In this document: positions 1 to 13,805 of the stretch, piece by piece | Numbering within the stretch: the stretch's first letter is position 1 | Layout of the letters: each line of letters begins with the position of its first letter | Assembly (NCBI GenBank): GCA_964188305.1 | Contig: OZ076889.1 | Source: Podarcis bocagei | Lineage: Eukaryota | Length of the DNA stretch: 64,000 bases | Reading direction: 5' to 3' (one strand) | Notes under the pieces: model-generated | The model's input: the letters and a program-made list of their open reading frames with translations, nothing else | What the model was told of the DNA's origin: nothing | Databases searched by the model: none | Translations under genes and position numbers: made by a program

Positions 1-256
1 AGCTACCTTGCCTGTGGCACCTGCAACAGTGCCAGTTTCACAGATTGAATCCATCGATAGTCTAAAGAAATCCCACAAGTAAACTGGTTTCAAGGTGTTC
101 AAGACTTTATAAACTATGAAATAACTTTGAGGGAACTCCTCCCACACTCCATCTCTTAAGACTCCAACCAGATGCAAATATGGATAACTTGCTTAACAAT
201 CTTGTTTTCCTCTTCTTTCCCCAACTCTCCCAAACTGAGTACCTTAGCATCTAACA

Positions 257-369
257 CAGGACTGGAAAAACTATGGCATTCCTGATATCACTGGACTACA
301 ACTCCCATCATTCCTGACCATTGGCCATGCTGGCAGAGCATCTGGAGGGCCATACGTTCTCTGCTCTTG
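257..369. mobile_element. Degenerate hAT-type MITE (ggactacaactccc family)
   Basis: Core ggactacaactcccatcattcc. 8-bp flanks atctaaca/atctagcc. Confidence 0.7.
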
Positions 370-1197
370 ATCTAGCCTAATGAAGGTTTCTAGAGAACTA
401 CAAAACATTGGTTGACCTACAAAACCTATTGACCTAATGTGTATTTTGGATTTTATTTCTAGGTAGAATTTGATGTGGACACCACACTTGCTACACTGAT
501 AGAGCTTTTATTTAATTTTCAGTAAACGTTTGCCTCCTTGAAGTACAATCTTTTTAATAGTGGGCATGCCTCATTAACTCTGCCTTGAGAATCAGAAGCA
601 GCAAATGCAGGATGGTGTGGTACTACTGGGGAGGGGAATGTCCATTGTTTTGCTGTTAAAGGGAGACTTTCAGAGAAGATCCTGCAAGAAACCATTTTGT
701 TTTCCCTAAGTTTGAAATCACTCACATCAACCCAATTCCACCCTACTCCACATGTGACCAACTAACAATAATGAAGTTGGTCAAGACTTGGAAACAACTT
801 ATATAAAGCTGAAACTCCTGTCCATCAATGTTTGACCCGACCTAAATGGAATTCAGGTTATTCCTTGAACCCAGTTTTATAAAGATCTATTCCATGCCCT
901 CTTCACCAACTTCCATGCAAAGTCAACCTGGTCAGTTTTCTTCTATCACTTGCAGGGGGAAAACCTTGGTAGGAAACTGTGTGTACTCTAACCGCATGCA
1001 AAACAGGGATGTATTGAATAGGCCCTTTGCTAATCTGGGGTGAAGCAAGTGGGGTTTGATATTTTGCATAACTCACTGTCATATCCCTATGAATAGTGTG
1101 AGAAGAATATTTTTCTTCTTTAAAAATGCTTAATTTCTGAGATGAGTTACTGACCATTTGTTTTCTAGCTTATTTATGCATCCCTAAGGACTAGTGA

Positions 1198-1574
1198 GGG
1201 ACGCAGGTGGCGCTGTGGGTAAAACCTCAGTGCCTAGGACTTGCCAATCGCATGGTCGGCGGTTCGGATCCCCACGGCGGGGTGCGCTCCCGTCTTTCGG
1301 TCCCAGCTCCTGCCAACCTAGCAGTTCAAAAGCACTCCTAAGTGCAAGTAGATAAATAGGTATCGCTTTATAGCGGGAAGGTAAACGGCGTTTCCGTGTG
1401 CTGCGCTGGTGCTGGCTCGCCAGAGCAGCTTCGTCACGCTGGCCACGTGACCCAGAAATGTCTCCGGACAGCGCTGGCCCCCGGCCTCTTAAGTGAGATG
1501 GGCGCACAACCCTAGAGTCGGACACGACTGGCCCGTACGGGCAGGGGTACCTTTACCTTTACCTTTTTTACCTT
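1198..1574 (+). mobile_element. Full-length Sauria SINE (Squam1-type)
   Basis: tRNA-like head gggacgcaggtggcgctgtgg with box-B-like ggttcggatccc, CpG-rich body, (ACCTTT)n tail. TSD taaggactagtga (1185-1197) / taaggactagtaa (1575-1587). Confidence 0.95.
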
Positions 1575-2254
1575 TAAGGACTAGTAACATGAAAAATAAA
1601 ATAAAAGAGAGTCTGAGAATTCTGGATTCTGAGTTTCTTCCATATAGCCATAGTCATGCAGAACACACATAGCTTTGTCTATATGAGTCAGGCACATGGA
1701 GGGAAATGTTCCTGTGTGGGTCTTCAGCCAGCACGACAGCATACAAATTTTAAATACTCAAGCTGTTCAAAGGATCAGCAGAAGGCCTCCTTATCACACT
1801 CATAATTTAGAATAGAAGCTCTTGTACATGATACAATCCCACACCACTGGAGAATGTGTGAATACTGCAACCACGGGGGGGGGGGCATTGTGGGGAAGGA
1901 GAGATTGACAATATAATGGAACACTCTCACCAGACCATTGCCCACACTCCCATCAGGGAAGCAATTAGGTGGTATATACCTAGGGAATCAGTCCCACACA
2001 GTTGCAACATTCACATCCACTTCCCAATGGCATGGGATAACACCATGATGCAGCATGGATGAAGGGGGGAATACTTTATTAAATCAGCTATAGTGGCATT
2101 GACACTTTAGATTCACAGTTAAACTAAAGAGAGAAAGACCTCATACTTTATGCGTACTTCCAGACAGCACTGCTTTTCATGGGCAGTTGAACATTGACTG
2201 TGTCACTACCACAGTGAATCTGCACAGCTTCAATGGGGGGGGGGCAGAATAATA

Positions 2255-2455
2255 CAGTCGTACCTTGGAAATCAAACCATTCCAGAAGTCTGTTCGACTT
2301 CTGAAGCGTTCGACTTTCAAAGCGTGGCTCCTGCAGCCAATCAGAAGCCGCGGAAGCTCCGTTGGATGTTCGGCTTCCAAAAGAACGTTTGAAAACCAGA
2401 ACACTCACTTCTGGTTTTCGATCGTTCGGGAGCCGAAATATACAAGTTACGACTG
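2255..2455. mobile_element. Tc1/mariner (Tigger/pogo-like) MITE, 201 bp
   Basis: TIRs cagtcgtaccttg / caagttacgactg, with TA on both sides. Confidence 0.9.
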
Positions 2456-3039
2456 TACTGGCAAAAGCTGGAGGAAGAGGACTGGTTTTTGCATGTGTAA
2501 ACCAACATGAAAACTCACCACTAGGAGATAAGCATAAGTGGAGAAGCTGCAGCTGGAATGGAATCGCAAACCAATAGCCACTGTTAGACTTGTAATGATC
2601 TTACTCTCCAGTCCCACTTAGAAAGCACACCATATAACCAGTAGGTAATCAGCCAAACCACCATTGATGCACCATGGCTCTGTCTCCTTCCTTGCTATCT
2701 CTCCCCAAACATTTAAACAAGGAACCCACGGCATGTCCAAAAGGTCCAAACCTTTCCAGATACATTCCAGTTTGAAAGCTGAAACACACCATCACAGTCA
2801 TGCATTACTAACATGCCAACGCAGAGCTTTCTTTGGCATTCCCCATTGCTCTGTGCCCAGAACACACATTCCAGCAATCTCTCCACTGCAGCTCGCATTG
2901 CAGCCATGACCACAGCCACAATCCCAGGAAGGATCCTACCTCTGCACAAGGCTGTCCAAGAACTTGACAGGGCTCTGTTTGAAAAAAGCTGTTGAAAGAA
3001 ATGATCTCTTTAAGTGCAATGGGGAGATATTTGTCTCTG

Positions 3040-3930
3040 ATTTACCCTTGGCTTTTTGCTCTGGTTCAGGTAGGAGCGGCGTGGGATGGCTGGCAGATCT
3101 GAGAGCATGGCACGCCCCAGCGGGCAAAGCGCGCAGTGCGGAGGAATGCGAGAGTCAGTTTGGAGTGCTCTCCATTTATCAAACTCATGCAGCNNNNNNN
3201 NNNNNNNNNNNNNNNNNNNNNNNNNNNNNNNNNNNNNNNNNNNNNNNNNNNNNNNNNNNNNNNNNNNNNNNNNNNNNNNNNNNNNNNNNNNNNNNNNNNN
3301 NNNNNNNNNNNNNNNNNNNNNNNNNNNNNNNNNNNNNNNNNNNNNNNNNGAGAGAGCCAGAGCAACTCCAGATAATAAAGAGAACCAAGAAAGGGGAAAG
3401 GAGAAAAAAAAAGCGAAGAAAGAAAGAGAAAAGAAAAGAAAAGACATCTGACCTGACTCTGCCATCTACCTTAACAGAACCTCAACGAGAGCCGGCTCAG
3501 CAGAGCTTTAGAGAATGTAAAACATTGCTCAAAAGAGAGAGGGCTCGTTAGCAGCAACTGCCAGCCGGGTGTTTGGCTGGAATCCTTTTCACTTCCAGCT
3601 TCGCTTTAGGTTGTAAGTGGTAATAAGTTTGTTGGTTTCTATTGCAGCTTCCCAATCTGCTCCCTTTAAGGGAAGATTTCCAGCGCATGCTCGCTTTTTC
3701 TTTTGCACAACCAGCCAGTCGTTCGCGGCCCTGTGTAGCCTAGCACAGGATGCCACAGGTCAGGATGAAGATGTGTTGGAAGCCCAGAACTTGAGGAAAC
3801 TGATGTTTCAGGTGGTCTCTTTCTGGTAGCAAAGGACCAGATAAGAAGGGATGCCAAGCATCAGCATGGAAGGGCACCAGCAGAGGAGACAGTGCCTGCG
3901 TGAAGCCCAAGCAGCTGACGTCAGAATGAT
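3040..3930. promoter_or_regulatory. CpG-retaining intronic regulatory or promoter-like region
   Basis: About 8 CpG in 3061-3160 and more at 3480-3730, no repeat hallmarks, CRE TGACGTCA at 3916-3923. Confidence 0.4.
3194..3349. other. N gap (156 nt), probably at a GA microsatellite
   Basis: The right flank begins gagagag and continues as a purine-rich tract. Confidence 0.8.
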
Positions 3931-6900
3931 TACATCCCTCCAATGCACAAACACTGGTTGTTACTTGTCTCCTTCTGTCAGAATAGGGCACTCCAAGAGG
4001 ACAGAATATTGAAGAGGCTATTCCAAGCAGCTAGGATTCATGAAAAATAGTGCCTTCATTTTGTAATATTAATAAATAAGAAAGCATCTAAGAAATACTA
4101 AAGGAATAAAGTCTGTGGGGCTCAGTGCAGGAAGTACAATATCCCAATGGTCTGGTATTGCTGGGCTACTTTGCTCACGTTCAACTGCATTCACACAAGC
4201 CTTGCAATTAGTTACCCATGACAAGTGATTATCTATTGGATTTGATATTTATATACCTGGGTCTATTTGACCAGAACCAACCCAATACCAACTAGTAAGC
4301 AAGTGACTAGCTTTGCCAATAAGAAACAAGAAAGAGGAGTCAGCACACTAGGGGGAACTCTGAGGTTTGAAAACATAGATGGCTTTAATAAGAGGTTTAA
4401 AAACATACGTAAGGGGCCCAAAAAACAACCCAATGAGGACTGCTTTCTCTCTCACCTTCCGTTTCCCCTTGTTCAAATAAGGGAAATTGCAGGAAGGAAG
4501 AAAAGAAATAATAGAATATATCCTAAAATTAATGTCAGGAAAAATTAAGGTTGTAATGTGTTATGAATAGTTAAGGTGTAGGCAAATAAGTCTTTCCACT
4601 GAAGGTTCAATTCCTTTCCTGTTCTCTCCCTGTTAATTAAGATCATTAAGGCATATATATCCTCTTGCTGAGATGGTGCCCAAACCACTTTCCCCTGGAA
4701 AAAAGATGGAAACCATTGACATTGACTAGAGTACTCTCTACGCAGTAAACTGTGATGTTATATGCCTACTCTAAAGCATCTGGAACTGGACACTGTTAGA
4801 AATAATATAGCTATAATACTGGGCTAGATGGGCCATTGCTTTGACCCCCAAAAGATTGTTCTTATATTATGCACTGCTCCACTGATGTTTTAATAATCTT
4901 TCATATCTCATCCCATTAACTATCCTGCCCCTGCTTAAATCCCTCAAAAAGCCTCATCTCGGTCCTGTGCCTAACCTCCCTCTGTCTGCAAGGACCTTGG
5001 GTGTGCACTGCTTCATGCATCATGTGGTACAGAGCTAACACAGCATGTGCCAAATCACATCTACCACAGGTGGATTTTAATGCCATGTTAAATGTTGAGG
5101 CAGGATACTGCCCCCTTTCAGATACTGCCGCTTCCAAAAAAAAAAAAAAAAAAAATCCCCCACAGAAGGCTAGGGTGGCTTTTAAAAAACTATTCTATAT
5201 TACTTCAAGCTTTGAAGTACAGAGAATAGCAACACTCACATGCGGGTTGATTTTTCTTTTTAAATGCTGCCTTTATCAGAATAAATCTTTTCCTCCTCTG
5301 TATCACTGGAGATAGATAATCAAGTCAAAAAAGAAAGTCTCTTCTAACAATAGATTTCTTTTTCTTTCTGAACTTCAAATGGGAAACTCTTATCTCCAGC
5401 CACAGTTGACCAAGAGAAGAAAAGAACAGAACACACAGGCACACTCACCAAACCTTCCATTTACTCCAAAGGCCATGCTAACTCCACATACCCGCACCAC
5501 TTCCCCCTCTGCTTAACAGAGAGAGGCATTCAGAACATTTTATAGGACGTATTTACTCACTAGAAACACTCTTGAAACAGAATGCTCCTTTTTGCTCAGA
5601 AGATGAACTTTGGTCTCTAAAATGGTATCTCGCCAGGTAAGTGTAGCTGCTCTGAGCATGAGAGATTTTCAAAGACATCTTCCATACCCAATCCTCTCTG
5701 GCCAGCACTGTGAGCTTCCCAAAGGTATCTGGGGAGCCAGCTTTGGGAAATGTTCCCATTTTTTCCAGTTCTTCATTGCCAGGTATATCTGGGGGACTCC
5801 TTTTGTTCCCATACAAAACCTTTAACCCTTTGAATTATCACTGGAGGTTACAAATCTCCTTAGGAGAATCAGGGGGGTTTCATAAGGCACTGATTTGGAG
5901 AAACATAGGGCTAACCTACACTCAGCTTTTGCCCCGCTCTTTTCAGGCACAGGCCCATGCTTAAAAACTCTGAGCCCGAGCCTTTGTTTGTTTCTGCCCC
6001 AAGCTTCTTTGTATGTTTTTCTGTCTGTTTTTGCCTTGCTCTTTAGCACTCAATTAGAGCAAACCTCAATTCGAGTTTGAGCTTTAAAGAGCAGGTTTTC
6101 TGAGAGAAAGCTCCAGAACAAATGGGGGAGGGCGCCTCTCTCCAATAAAAAAAATAATCAGATATAAGTAGTTTAAGCCAGTGAAAAGATGACCATATAC
6201 AGCTACTAGCCCAGAAAAAATACAATCCCAAAACAAAATATTACAATCTCCTTTGTAATTTGTTCAAAATATCAATTATTATACTAATGTCTATGGAAAC
6301 ACCACTGGCTTTCTCTGAGGAATCTGCATTAGAACAGTCTCAGAAGCCTCCCTCTCACATGGGATGATCTATCATACAAGGTACCCTCACTTCAAGCTGC
6401 CTGATGACTGATGTTCCACTAGCAGCGTGTTGGGATTGGCTGAGCACCCAGACAAATGCTCTATAATCCCTTTTTTCCTCTCCTCCTCTGCCAATGTCTC
6501 CCATGAGAGGTGTGATGATAGACGGTGACATAACTGACTGTTCCCAATCAAGGTAATGTAAGTAATGACAGCTGACGTGATTCCTGGAACGTGTTTCCAG
6601 CGGTTGGCCTATCTGCTTTGCCTACTATAGCAGAACATAGCAGCGCGTACAGAAAGGGGGGAAGCAGGGGAAGTACCTTAGCACAGGTCTTGAAAAAGTT
6701 AAAGAGTGGCTACTGGAAGCTCAAAACTGAAAAACTGCATCAAAACCAGAAGTACCACAAAGGCCCCATTAACACATAATCTGCCCCAGGAAAGAACTCC
6801 AGTAACCTAAACTCCTCTCATGCTTTGGTGGGAGTCCAAGATGTGAAATTGTGTGACTAAGTGGTACCCACCGTCATGGTGACATGAACACCTGCTACTT

Positions 6901-8012
6901 GAAAACCTCCACGCTCAGAATGGCTTCATATGTTACAGAAAAATGTGCTGGCTGACATTATTAGTGACCATTCCCAGCCCTACGACTCCCCTGAGTTTTC
7001 TGCCATACACAAAAGGATCTATGAGTAAAGAGCAGTGGACTTCTCCCTTTGCACCAAGCTGGGAGACACCCCAAAGCAGTAAGAATATCTTTGAACCCTG
7101 CAACCCAAATCCCAGCCCAGTACAGAGGACTGGAGGAAAGGGAGGGGTCAATGCCTCACTCCACAACAGGCAAAAAGCGCTTCCCCCAAAGGTGAGAGAA
7201 ACTTCCCCACCCCACCCCACCCCATTGCTTAAAGGAAGGTGACTGGGCTGCAATTCTAGTGGCTTTGGTTTGATAGGCAATGAGTCATGTGCAACTCTGG
7301 GGATGTCTGTTGAGTCTGCAAACCATAAAGGCGGCAGCAAAAGCTGGCTGCTGTAGCTAACTTGATTTTAAAATGACACAATTGCTGCTGCACCTTATCC
7401 TCGTATAGCTTGGGGTCAGTGAGGCTGTCAAAGCAACAGCAGGGAGGAGGAATGTGAATATTTTCAGACAACAAATGTCATGGACGGGTTGGACACAGAG
7501 GAATGGTGGGAGGAACCAGGCAGGGTACCACCAACGCATTGGTAGCCATCATGGTTAAGAGAAAAAATGCAAAAATACTATTGCAAAAGGCTCTGAATGG
7601 TAAGAAGGCAAGGCTCCTGCCATGTAAAATCTCGTTGTCTTTCCTCATATGTTCCTTGGCTGTCCTACCACATAATTATCCCCAGCTTCACCTCATTTCT
7701 TACCCTCCACCACCACCACCAATTCCTTTCATACAGTTGGAATTCTGCAAAAACCAAAATCTTGCAATCAGTATGAAAATAAGTTTATTTCATGCCAACT
7801 AGCACCATTTAGTCACTGGGCGGAATTCAAATTTCTTAGGATGAAATGAAAGCATAATGTGTGCCCAGGAATATGGTCCAGTGGGGCAGAGGGATATCAT
7901 ATTTCTCGCTCGGAGTTCAGCCAAGTCATTGGTCTGCCCAGTCTCTTCAAAAAAAGTCTAGCAAATATACCATGTGATTTAATATCTGCAGCGTTCCAAA
8001 GGAGAAGATAAT

Positions 8013-8212
8013 GGGCTGGATTCAAGTAAATAGTTACACTAGCGGGAGCCTGCACAATGGGGTTCCCCCTCTCCCCTCATAGCTCTTGGGGGTCAGGAGA
8101 ACACCCAGAACAGTGCAAGCAAATAAGAAAGGCAAGTGAGTTTGCTTGCCTGATGAAACAGCAATGCTTTCACTGGCAGAGCAATCTCCTTAGCGCAACT
8201 TTCAAATCCACT
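8013..8212. mobile_element. Degenerate palindromic MITE (GGGTTGTATTCAA-like ends)
   Basis: Terminal and internal similarity to the copies at 19732 and 52168. Confidence 0.5.
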
Positions 8213-9639
8213 AAAACTATAAAGCCCAAGTATAGGCATCAGAGAACTGGAGTTCTACTCCTAAATCTATCCTTAAACTTTCCGAGTCTCAGTGGAAAAT
8301 ATTTAATATCAGTTTTAGCTCCCTCGCTATAAAGTTTGTTTCTAATATTAACAAATGCAAAACACTTGGAACCCCTGGATTGGGAAGGACTAGGGAAGTC
8401 AAAAGGTTATGTGGACTATTTAATTTCTTTCTGCACTGGAAAGCTATGGAAATTTGTATGGGAACATAGTGAAAATATCAGTAAGTATTTGAAAGTAGGT
8501 AATACAGAATAATCTGAGCAGTGCTTAATTTAAAGACAAATAGGTAAGAGAAGTTCTATTAATAATAGAATCTCAGCAAATACAAGAGGGTTGGTCCAGT
8601 TAGTGCTGACCAAGGAGAACTAAACTCACTCGCCCTCCTTGGGCACATCCATGGAAGAACCCTTACAAAGTTGCAAGTTGCTTATCGTATCTCACCCAGA
8701 AAAAAAATTGCATGGAACGTGCCATCATTTACCTCTTGCACTATTGCTCAGCAGAGCTAATAAATCTTGCATGAGCAGAGCAGATTGTAATTTTCTAATA
8801 TGAAAAGGCATTTGGATTGAAAGAGGGAGGGAAAGATAAAAGTGATTGAATCCCAAGTAGCCCAGGGTCAGTGACAAGACACTCCCAAGAAGCATGTCTC
8901 CCTCTTCTCTCTCAAGCTTTACATACATTCATTTCTCCCTACTCTCCACATGTTCTGTCTTAACTTCCCTTATTGACAGCACATTGCTTTAAATGGTTAC
9001 ACAAGTTATCATTTTCCCCTTCTGATCAATCTGAATTTTCAGGGCAATTACCCTCTTAATCAATTATTGCCACCCAAAGCCCCTCAGATTCTTCCTCAGC
9101 CAAGCAGTTACACCTCTCTGGTGCAGACAGTACACACAGAAGCAATGAAGCTGGGGGCAACGCCAGCACAGGCAAGTCCATCTTACGCAGACACACCTGC
9201 CTGCTGCAAGACTGGAAAAGTGTGAAGGCCACTTCAAGGAACACCTGATGAAAAGAAATGAGCATGTGTAGGTGGAAGGCCATTAGAGAAGGAAAGCAAT
9301 ATGTAAGGATCCACAAGTAAAGGGGGGAACCAATCGCCTAGCTGGAGAGTAAACAAATTTATGGAGCCAGGCTGCCTGTAGGCCATGAAGAAGCTACATG
9401 ATTAAGGACTGCTTAATCCCTAGAAAGGCAAATAAAGAGCCACAATATTTGACAAGGCCCAAAATCAGCAGTCCAACTGCTTCAGTACGTGTCCATTTCA
9501 CAACAAAACCCATATTAACCACACCGTTACTCAGCTGACTTCTGGCAGCTTTGTTATGACACAATAAATGTGAGTTGAACTCAAGTCCAGGACAGTGCTG
9601 CACAGACCCTCTCAACCCACATCCACAATAAACCTAGTA

Positions 9640-9881
9640 CAGTGGTACCTCAGGTTACATACGCTTCAGGCTACATACACTTCAGGTTACAGACTCCTCT
9701 AACCCAGAAATAGTACCTCAGGTTTAGAACTTTGCTTCAGGATGAGAACAGAAATCGTGCTCTGGTGGCACAGCAGCAGCGGGAGGCCCCATTAGCTAAA
9801 GTGGCGCTTCAGGTTAAGAACAATTTCAGGTTAAGAACGGACCTCTGGAACGAATTAGGTTCTTAACCCGAGGTACCACTG
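9640..9881. mobile_element. Tc1/mariner (Tigger/pogo-like) MITE, 242 bp
   Basis: TIRs cagtggtacctcaggtta / taacccgaggtaccactg, TA TSD, internal ttcaggtta repeats. Confidence 0.93.
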
Positions 9882-10816
9882 TATGTCTTAAGAATCTGCA
9901 AATTTCGTACAAGAATCTGGTACATTTCCTGCTAATGGCAAAATTCCACTTTAGTAACTCTTAAAATATAAAATTTGTTGGCTAGAATTGTTTGATTAAG
10001 CAATTGTTCTGGCTTAAATCACACTGATTGCAGAAAGCAACCTCTCTCAAAATGTGCTGTTGTTGTTTTTTTATCAAGGATACAGATTCCAACTACTCTT
10101 TCTGATTTTTTTGTGCTACATTCTTTTTCAACTAAAGCTCAGAAAGATTAAGTTATGCCAGCAAGATTTTACTGAGTAAACACAATCCTGTTCCAATGTG
10201 GAATTTTGTATACACTCTTTGGTCCTATAGAATCTAGAGAAGAAATCTTGTGGAATCTGCTTCAACTGCTCCTACTATCCCCAAGTTCACTTTAGAGGCA
10301 ACACCATCAACATTTTGAGAAGGAAAGCTGGTGTTCTATAATGCTGAATAGTGCTAACAGATTTTTTTCAAGGTGCTGCAAGGTCTTTGCCAATCTGACC
10401 CACAAGATAACATGATAGATCCCTGGAAGCCAGCTGTGACATGCGTACCACACGTTTTGAAGTTAAAAATGCTTGTATGCATTTCAACCTGATCTCTGCT
10501 TTATGTGCAAGTCCATGAGTGAATACACCCAGAGCACCATCTAGTCTTGTTTTCAGTTGTGGGGGATCAATGTTGTTGACAAGGTGCTTGGAGAACTGCA
10601 ATTAACCTGTTTGCTTGCCCCTTGCCCCTCCGAGATTTTAACATCAAATGGTAGAGGACTGGCCAGCTGAATCCAGGAAGTTATAAGTGTCTCAGCCGCA
10701 TTAAAAGAGAGGGTCATAAGGCCACTCTTGAAAAAATCCGCTCTAGGCCTCTCAGTATGATTTCAGTTATAAGTTAATCATAAATATTCCCTTTTGGGAC
10801 AAGGTACTCAGACAAT

Positions 10817-10935
10817 AACATAAGAAGAGTCCTCCTGGTTCCAGGAAGCTCATCTTCTCCAGTATCCTGCTCTCACAGTGGCCAACCAGATGCCTATGGG
10901 AAGCCTCCAAGAAGATCCTGAGTGAAATAGCAGAA
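10817..10935 (-). mobile_element. CR1 LINE 3' UTR fragment
   Basis: aacataagaagag terminus and ctcacagtggccaaccagatgcctatgg, the reverse complement of the CR1 end at 27170-27245. Confidence 0.75.
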
Positions 10936-11329
10936 CATAGCCAGCATGGGTAATAGTGAGTGACAGTCTCAGTGGATCTGATTTGATTTAACATTATATT
11001 ATGTTTTCCCCAAAACAAATACTGAACTCAAAGCGGCTCACAATATTCACAGTAGCATCAAAACAAACACATTGCAATCACTCTATCAAACACAATACCA
11101 TATAAATAAAACAAGCAGCAGCAACAAATTCACTAAAACAATTTATACAATTCAGTAACTCCAGACAGTTTGGGATGACAATGATTCCAGCCCAGTTTTG
11201 GCATTTAAAAGTGAAGCTCACCTTCATGTGCCTCCTTTACAAGAAGAGAGAAGAGCTTTTTTTAGCACTACAGCCCACATAATATTCTACCTGGAGCCAA
11301 CATTTACATTTTTTTTTGCCACCAGGCAA

Positions 11330-11485
11330 AAATGTTTTTGCTGAATCATGCATTTTTAACTGCTGGAAATGAATTTTGTAAATTTTATTCATTGTTTTAT
11401 TATTGTATTTTGCTATGAGTATTGATTGTGCAGTGCCCTGAAATCCAAAAGGGCGAAGAGGAGAATAAAAATGCTTTAAATAAAC
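11330..11485 (+). mobile_element. L2-like LINE 3' tail
   Basis: T-rich tract followed by tgtg...gccctga...gggcg...aaataaa, the typical L2 tail architecture. Confidence 0.5.
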
Positions 11486-12945
11486 AACCCTCCTGGTACT
11501 TTTTGTAGCTTTCAGCACTATCAGCCACGATATCCTTCTTGCTTGGCTACATGAGATGTGCACTGGGCCACAGTGGTTCCATCCATACCTAGGTGGCCAT
11601 TTCCAGAAAGTGATATTGAGGGACTACTACTCTGCCCCGTGGCATTTACGGCTTCTCCAGATGCACTTTGAAATATAAATCTTGCCCTTCTTCACAGAGA
11701 AAAATACCGAGGATCCCTGGCATCTTCATTTTAAAGGTTTTTGGTAGCAGGTGTCCACTTGAAGACCCACTATTACTGGGCCAGATAGTCCAAGTGTCTT
11801 GACTCCAATTATAAAGACAACTTTGGAAAATTTCAGATTAGTGCTTGAAGGGTAAACAAGCATGTAAGACATAAACATTAAGACAGCCATCCTGAAGTAG
11901 CAGTATTCTCAAATGGCAAATATATTTCACCCTTAATTTAGGTAACTTTGAGGATGATGCTCCTGTAGAAGGAGCACTGGCTTCACCCATCAGGCTGGCA
12001 GCCCAAAGGTGCCTGCAGAGACAGGAGAGCCTGGAAGGGCCAGCATGTCAGCAGGCCAGTCGCCGGCAAAATGCCTGACTGATGGCCCTGCACTTCACTA
12101 GCTATTTTACATGGAGCATGGCTGATCAAAGCTATCCCCACTGTGTACTATGGAGCAATAAAAATAAAAAACCCACAGGAAGAATTCCTTAGGCAGGTAA
12201 TGGGCACTTTATTCCTTTTTATGGCACTAAACATAGGCAGCTGGCATAATTACACTACAATAAAGGCATAATGTGCACCCAGCAGAACAAATGTGAGGCT
12301 TCTGATAATTAGGCAGAGCAAACAGTCTGGGATTCAACCACATGGTTTTACTTGGTCTCCTGGATCTGTCTGAGCCCAATTCCCAAAGCAGGCCAAGTCT
12401 GTCCCCCATGAAATCTTAACCCAGCTCAACTTTTTCCTGACTAGGATTGCTCTCTTTATTATTGCTTGTTTCTCCAATCTCACAAGATAAGAAGCACAGC
12501 CCCAGCTAGGATCCCGTAGCTCTACTAACAGAAATGTATCAATTCAAAAGAATATATGGAACCTAGATGGTAACACAGAGTTGTGCCTTGGGTCTCTGTA
12601 CTGACATTGGTATAAACTTCTTTTTGGACAGCTGTATGCACCCAGCTCTGAGCAGGTTATAAAACAATACAGCAAAGAGCAAATGTTGTACTGTCAATCA
12701 CTGCCCAACTACTTATACGACGGAAATGGGGATCAATGAGAATAATACATGTTTGAGGGTGACTTGCTTTGAGAACCATGGCAAACACCCAGGATCTGTT
12801 GGTACTAAGGACTAACCTATCAGTTCTGAAACAAAAAAAGAAGAAGAATGGGAAAAGGTAACATCAGGAGCCTTCAGAGCTATAGAATTCTCCTACTTAT
12901 TACCCCACAAATAGCAATTCCTCAGGTGTCAGGGTCTAATTAAGA

Positions 12946-12971
12946 ATGATGATGATGATGATGATGATGAT
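12946..12971. repeat. (ATG)n microsatellite
   Basis: Direct reading. Confidence 0.95.
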
Positions 12972-13805
12972 ACCACCTTGCTGGACAGGCTTATAATCTT
13001 AAGCACTCACAACATGCAGCTGAGATCTAAGAGAGTAGCAAAATCTGAGCCAGCATTTCTAAACAGTCTTTAAAATATTAATCAAGAAAAGAAGAAGCAG
13101 ATTTGCAAGATTGAGCAGAACTCAAAGTTTAGGGCTCAGCACGCTTAGATCATTGCAAGAGTTTCCTCAAGTGTAGGGAAAAAACCTTTTTAGCGTGAGC
13201 ATGTGCATCTGGGCTCTAATTGTCATTGCTGAGAGTCAGTGTTACTACAATCTAGATTCCTTGGGGAGCAGACCCATATTTTTCACCCTACTAACAAGCC
13301 TCAATAACATAATCAGTACCCCTCTTTACAGCCAGAGTTGTGAGATCTTCCAGACATTTCTATTAACACCATTCTAAAACTTCAGAAAGATGTTAGCTGC
13401 AACTCTGGCCTTGCGACAGCCCTCGATGACACACACTATGCTGGTATGGTTTTTACTAAAAACAGGTAACACTATGTTCCAAGAGTAAAAGGAGGCGTTG
13501 CATTCTCCTCTATAGGAGAAATGAAGGTCACATGAGGGCAGAGAAAGAGAAAGGGGTATCTTGCCCACTTGGGCTCCAATCCAAACCACGACGTCTTTTA
13601 GCCCCTTTCCACTGATGGCATGTAGACCCCACATTAAATTAATGAAGGGAATACAGGTAAATTGAGTCACTTAAGAGTCTGTCCCTCTCCCTCTCCGACT
13701 CACTCATGTTTCTAAGCAGTATACAGGAAACCCAATAAAATACAATAAAAACAAGTGATAAAATCAGAATTCAGTTAAAAAGTCTGCCTGGAATTTTAAA
13801 AAAGT

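Noticed and set aside
2964-3551. ORFs spanning N gaps (also near 14.1, 31.1 and 58.7 kb)
   Set aside because: Their length is inflated by X residues and low-complexity purine tracts.
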